Shown one piece after another: positions 58,340-64,000 of a stretch of DNA of 64,000 nucleotides. The notes beneath the pieces are model-generated. The model was not told the origin of the DNA and did no database searches. It saw only the letters and a list, made by a program, of their open reading frames with translations. The stretch is from positions 19,284,210 to 19,348,209 of the forward strand of contig NC_068987.1 in NCBI RefSeq assembly GCF_001194135.2. Reading direction: 5' to 3'. The translations under genes were made by a program, and so were the position numbers. The number at the start of each line of letters is the position of its first letter. The stretch's first letter is position 1. The DNA comes from Octopus bimaculoides (Eukaryota).

Positions 58340-58740
58340 TAATCTCCCTTTATATATCACTCTCTAGGGAAGAAGCATATGGAAAAGAAAGACAAAGGTA
58401 CGGGAGTGAGGAAGGGGGAGGAGATAAGAGGAATAGAAGGGAAGAAGAAGTGAGAGGGTAGAAAGAAAAACGGAGTAAGGGGGGCTGGAAGTAGTGAGGG
58501 GGGAGGCAAAGAAAAGATTAAGCAATAAGAGAGAGGAGATGAGGAAAAGATGTTATATGGAAGAGGGAGGAAGAGTTCGATGAAGTAACTAATAGAGAGG
58601 GAGAAAGGGAGAGAATGTGGTGAGGGAAATATGAAGTATTGAGAAGAAGCAAATAAGAGAGAAAGAAAAGACGAAATAATAAGAATGGTCTGAAAAGAAG
58701 GAAAGCGAAGAGGCATAAAAAAAAGAAAGAAAAAAAATTG
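58340..58740 (+). repeat. Polypurine (GA-rich) tract upstream of the F-box start
   Basis: About 400 bp strongly dominated by A/G on the + strand. Confidence 0.85.
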
Positions 58741-59132
58741 TGTTCGGGGATCAAATTAATGTTCTCATATTTTTCATGCTGATGGAAACTCCGGAGTAAT
58801 TAACCTTCGTAATTATTTTTTAAAATATCAAGTTAATGAGGTGTAAGAACAGAACTAATGACGATAATAACAGCTGAGAATCGATTTCATGCAAAGTCCT
58901 TGAGATTTCCTCTGACTACCACTTGTGTTATTTCTCCTACCACATATCAACACATCGCATTTAAACTCACAGGTACTTACAAAATATATTTGCATTCCAA
59001 TACATTTGACCCAACACACATGCAACACTCGCGCACGTTCTCTGTTTCAGTCAATGGACTGCAACCATACTAGGACACTGCACTTAAAAGGTTTTAGTCG
59101 ATCAAGTCGGCCTAAGTACATTTCTATAGCTT

Positions 59133-59763
59133 TAAGCCTTGTACTTATTCTATCGTAGTCTTTTGCTGAGCCGCTAAGTTACGAGCACGTAAACAAACCG
59201 AAACTGTCAAGCATGGACAAATATACACATTTTCTCCCACTGCCAACTATGAAGAGCACAGGGTTACATAATCAGGCTGTTACCTAATATCCTGTTGAAC
59301 CTCTAGTGCGAAACCAATTAGTTAAGTCAGTTGCAATGGATATATAGTACTGTAAACTTCAATTTATATATATATAACCTGTACTTCTAACAACGTCATT
59401 TACTGCATTTCCTGCTCTTTCTGTCCTTCTCTGTACATTGGTCAAACTTGACTAACCGGTTTGTGGAGCACCTCCGAGACATTAGACTCAACAATGACAT
59501 CCCGGTCTCGTGCCATTTCTGCTCTACCAGTCATTTATTACAACACCTGTCTGTTCGAATTGTCTTTGCACAGGGGCTATCTGGACTCCCGCTTTTGCCA
59601 TGAACAGGAATTAATCTTCTCTCTTCGCTCCTTTGTGCCACATGAGCTCAACTCCACTCTCCTCTTCATCTGACTCCCTCCTCTCCTCTCTTCATCTGAC
59701 ACCTACTTCCTCTCTTCACTCCTACCCACCTTCTCCCTCAATGACCAAAGGTGNNNNNNNNNN

Positions 59764-59812
<49 letters not shown>

Positions 59813-60010
59813 TATATATATATAAGCCTGGTACTTATTCTATCATAGTCTTTTGCTGAGCTGCTAAGTTACGAGCATGTAAACAAACGGAAACTGTTAA
59901 GCATGGACAAATACACACATTTTCTCCCACTGCCAACTATGAAGAGCACATGGTTACATAATCAGGCTGTTACCTAATATCCTGTTGAACCTCTAGTGCG
60001 AAACCAGTTA
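59133..60010 (+). repeat. 188-bp direct duplication (59133-59320 and 59823-60010)
   Basis: SINE fragment plus unique flank duplicated; 9 substitutions counted by eye; a 10-N gap lies between the copies. Confidence 0.9.
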
Positions 60011-60444
60011 TGCATTAACATTAGGATTTGATTAGAGTTTCGTATTTTTTTCGATTAACGATGTAGAATATTGCAAATATTTTATCCTAATATTTCCTTT
60101 TGTTAGCCAAATATTAATATCAAATAACAGGTTTGAAATCAGTATGATAGGGTTTACAAGAATGATCAAGATAGCAATATGTTATGAAATTAATAACTTG
60201 AGAAATGAATGAAGTAACATTCCATAAAATGGGAAGTGAAGATGTCTAGCCTAGAGGATAGGGATGCTAAGCCCATGACCACGAGGTTGTAGGTTTCCAT
60301 CATGGTTTGAACCAGTATACATGGAATGTCTGCTGTTGAAACATTTATCAAGCTATATCATGCCAATGTCGGATGGAATACCTTATAATATTTATTCCCC
60401 CCCCTTGCCTTTTAAGTTCAAATCCTGCTACAGCCTACATTATT

Positions 60445-60803
60445 GTTGTTGGCACTCCGTCGCTTACGACGTCAAAGGTTCCAATTGATCCGATCAACGG
60501 AACAGCCTGCTCGTGAAATTAACGTGCAAGTGGCTGAGCACTCCACAGACACATGTACCCTTAACGTAGTTCTCGGGGATATTCAGCATGACACAGTGTG
60601 ACAAGGCTGACCCTTTGAGTTACAGGCACAACAGAAACAGGAAGTAAGAGTGAGAGAAAGTTGCGGTGAACCCCTGCCGAAGCCTCGTGGAGCTTTAAGT
60701 GTTTTCGCTCAATAAACATTCACAATGCCTGGTCTGGGAATCGAAACCGCGATCCTATGACCGCGAGTCTACTGCCCTAACCACTGGGCCATTGTGCCTC
60801 CAC
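60445..60803 (-). mobile_element. SINE family D (tRNA head), tail type 2
   Basis: rc head tggaggcacaatggcccagtggttagggcag ... ggtttcgattccc (A and B boxes); tail ends gagtgccaacaacaa. Confidence 0.8.
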
Positions 60804-62043
60804 AAGAGGAGTTAATTCATTGTCTGTTTTAACACCACTACCTAGCATCTTGGATGCCTACCTTTTAGATCATAATGTTTTTGAAAAAGCGAAAACGAAA
60901 CCTTCTGTAATTGTACAGGGTGCAGCAAAAAACCCATAGATTTTTTTGTCACTAATGATGTTAGGTAGGTAGTAACAGAATGGCACATTATATCCTTGAG
61001 CAAGGTACTTTATTTCTTATTGCTCCAGTCTACTCAGCTGTAATAAATACCAGTTGAGTGGTAACCCTGCCCACACAGACACACACACTCTCTCTTCAGC
61101 TATCTTTTCCTGGCTGTTCCAGTGCTGAAGCAGATGGGGCTGAGAGAGTGTCTATGTCTGCTTGCAACTACAAAGGCACCTAAAAGCAATTAATGAAAGC
61201 ATGACATATGTTACTGATTTTTTTTTTTTTTTAGAATTGGCAGAGGTTTTAGAAAATAACATTTGTCCAAGATGACAAGTGACTGAAACTTCTGGCAATT
61301 TGCTGTGCTTGAGAAGATATGACAAGCTAAGTGTGACATCATAGTCATGGCCAGTACTGGCAACATGAAAAAGGCATCCGTGCCAGTGACATGTAGAAGA
61401 CATCCAGTACAGTCTGTGGAGTGGTTGGCATTAGGAAGGGCATCCAGCCATAGAAACCAAGTCAAAACAGACTGGATCCTGGTGCAGCTCTCTGACTTAC
61501 CAGCTCCAGTCAATCTGTTGATCAAACCCAGAAGCTTATGGTTGCAAATTGAACCGTTTAAGTAATGCAGTTAAAGAGACAACAACAAAAGTGATGCTAG
61601 CAGTGATACGAAGTTTACCATTGTTGTTGTTGGTGGTGGTGGTGGTGGTGATGGTAATGATGTTATGACAGTTCTTGTCAGTGACGTTTATAGTTGTGAT
61701 TGCTTTGCTGATACTTAAATTTGTTGTTGATCAGAGAGACTGCAAGTGAAATGTTGTGAATAACACCAAGTAGTGGTGATAGTGGAGCAGTGTTGTTGAC
61801 ATGTGTATTTAGCAGTTAAAGAGCAATTTCGCTTGTTTATCATTATCCAAAGAAAATAAAAGGTGAAAAACACAAGAATTGGAAGACAAAAAAGAGAAGA
61901 CAGAACAGTGGTACACAGTTTAATGTGTTTGTAACATGTTAACCTTGAAAGCTCTGAACTACTAACAACTTTATTCATTGTAAAAATAAAGGTCAATACA
62001 TTTAGGAATCAACAAATGTCAACAAAAGTATTTAATTTTATCA

Positions 62044-62453
62044 ATAGGTGCAGGCATGGCTGTGTAGTAAGAAGTTTGCCTCCCAATCTCATGGTTCGAG
62101 GTTCAGTCCCACTGCATGGCACCTTGAGCAAGTGTCTTCTACTATAGCCTCAGGCTGACCAAAGCCTTGTGAGTGGATTTGGAAGGCAGAAAATGAAAGA
62201 AGCCTGTTGTGTGTGTGTGTGTGTGTGCGTGTGTGACTCATTGTCCCCCTCCCACCCACCATTTGAGAACTGGTGTTGGTATGTTTACATCCCCATAACT
62301 TAGCAGTGCAACATATGAAACTGATAGAATAAGTACCAGGCTTACAAAAAAGTACTGAGATTGATATGTTTGACTAAAATTCTTCAAAGCAATGCACCAG
62401 CATGGCCACAGTCAAATGACTGAAACAAGTAAAAGAAGAAAAGAATAAAAGAA
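62044..62453 (+). mobile_element. SINE family A, full-length, CpG-decayed
   Basis: ataggtgcaggcatggctgtgtagtaag ... gaaacaagtaaaagaag. Confidence 0.9.
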
Positions 62454-63539
62454 TGTCCAACATGAAGCAATAATGGTAAAAAAATTGTTATTTTTAATTT
62501 TAAAATATCCTGTAAAATATAATAGCATTGGTTCTGATTGGTCAAATCAGTACACCTTAAAGAATTGTTTGTTATCTCAACAAATGGAAATGAAGTTTAT
62601 GAATCCATATACCTAAATATGTGTCCCATTTCCTCTTCACTTTGTCTATACATGTCAAGCCAAATAGAATTTTTATTTGTACTGGAATCCAAAAGTATTC
62701 TAGTGATATGAATAGTATTGAAAGGTTTTGTACCTGAAACAGTGAAAGTTTTCTATTAAGCATTGGGCTTCTCAGAACTGAAGGCATTCATCTGGACAAT
62801 TTTTGTCTGCATTCATTAAAATAATATATTGTATTTAACATGAAATAGTCTGTATGAACACCAGTAATCACACAGAGCTTGTAATCAGAACCAGAATCCA
62901 TATAAAGGTGCGAGTAGATAAGTATTATTTTTTTTCACAATTAAAGACAGGGACAGTGCCTATGATTTTTTTAATAAACCCCACCAGACTGAGGAGATTG
63001 ATGTGACATGTCCAGCTTGAACATCTGTAAGAAAAATGAGCAAGAAAGGAACCAGAATCCAGGTGCAGACACTTGTAAGAGTAAACTCTATTTGTTAAAG
63101 GTACTTGACCTGGTTTGATGTTAAATAACGAAGTGACTCTTCCAGTCCCAAATGAAATATTAAATTCAAACAAGCTGTTTGTTAAAGTGAAGGCATGTGA
63201 CCTGGTGATTAGGATGTTGCACTCACAATCATAAGGTTGTGGTTTCAATTGTCAGACCAGGTAGTGCACTGTGCTCTTGAGCAAAGCACTTATTTCATGT
63301 TACTCCAGTCTGCTTAGTTGTAAATGAGTTCCAGCAATAGCTGGGAAGTTAACCCTACAACAGACTAGCATCCTATCCAGTAGAGAATGCTGGAATGTTA
63401 GTCACTTATACACTATAGAAACTGAGTTAGATTACAGCCTTATTAGGACTACAGCTCATGACAGACCTTAGCCCTATTTGTCAAATGAAAAACAAGAGAA
63501 TTTGTATTTTTATTCCCTCTTCCATACCACTGACTAGTC

Positions 63540-64000
63540 TTTAGTTTCCAGTTGGACCCATTTTTCTTACACCACTGATGCATGTGGGAAATTCATAGGC
63601 ATTACAATAGTCAATCTTCTCTCCTAAATCTCAGACATCATGACTGAGAGTTGTTCAACTATGGGCAACAACTGGACAAATAAGGCTTGCCAGGCTCGGA
63701 AAATTTTAATTTAAACAAGAAGTGTGTATCATAGGGGTAGAGGTGGTTTCAGGCAAGATGGTATAAAAAGGGTCACCATCACCCATTTAGGGTTATGGCC
63801 ACAGATCTTATATACCTTTACTATAATGCTAAATGGGCATGGGACATATCTTTTCTTAGACGAGACTTTAGTCTTTTATAGATATGTTACTCAGAAACTT
63901 CTCTAGAAGAACTTCAAGCTTGAGGAAATGAAACTCCAAGCTGCATCACTAAGCTATTTCAATCTTCCACTCAGCAATCACACATTCCATTAGTTTACAG
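63540..64000 (-). mobile_element. Possible highly degraded RTE RT fragment
   Basis: Scattered frames KLMECVIAE, SL..MQLG, LLEKFL and CCP*L resemble RT motifs KVMERVIA/DEMQFG/LQEKYL/GCPWEL; many frameshifts. Confidence 0.3.

Overview
Eukaryotic draft-genome DNA: AT-rich, dense in microsatellites and SINEs, with 10 N-gaps totalling about 5.5 kb (nine of them in the first 25 kb). The repeat families look cephalopod, most likely Octopus; this is recognition from memory, not a database result. Two complete, phase-consistent protein genes can be reconstructed tail-to-tail. One is a 2-exon RWD+DUF1115 gene (RWDD2B-like, + strand, 27286-32907, 318 aa). The other is a 6-exon divergent F-box/WD40 gene (- strand, 58116-38471, 394 aa). 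The rest is mostly tRNA-derived SINEs, RTE-clade LINE remnants and DNA-transposon derivatives (hAT, mariner, Tigger, piggyBac), several with readable TIRs and TSDs. Best leads: a CpG-decay mosaic that appears to map gene-body methylation and predicts a third, divergent gene after 58.2 kb; a long-TIR element carrying octamer+CCAAT motifs; a Penelope-type hammerhead-ribozyme-like motif; a cryptic intron at the RWDD2B stop; and SINE head/tail swapping. I found no clearly new multi-gene system. Most ORF-track entries are gap or microsatellite artefacts.
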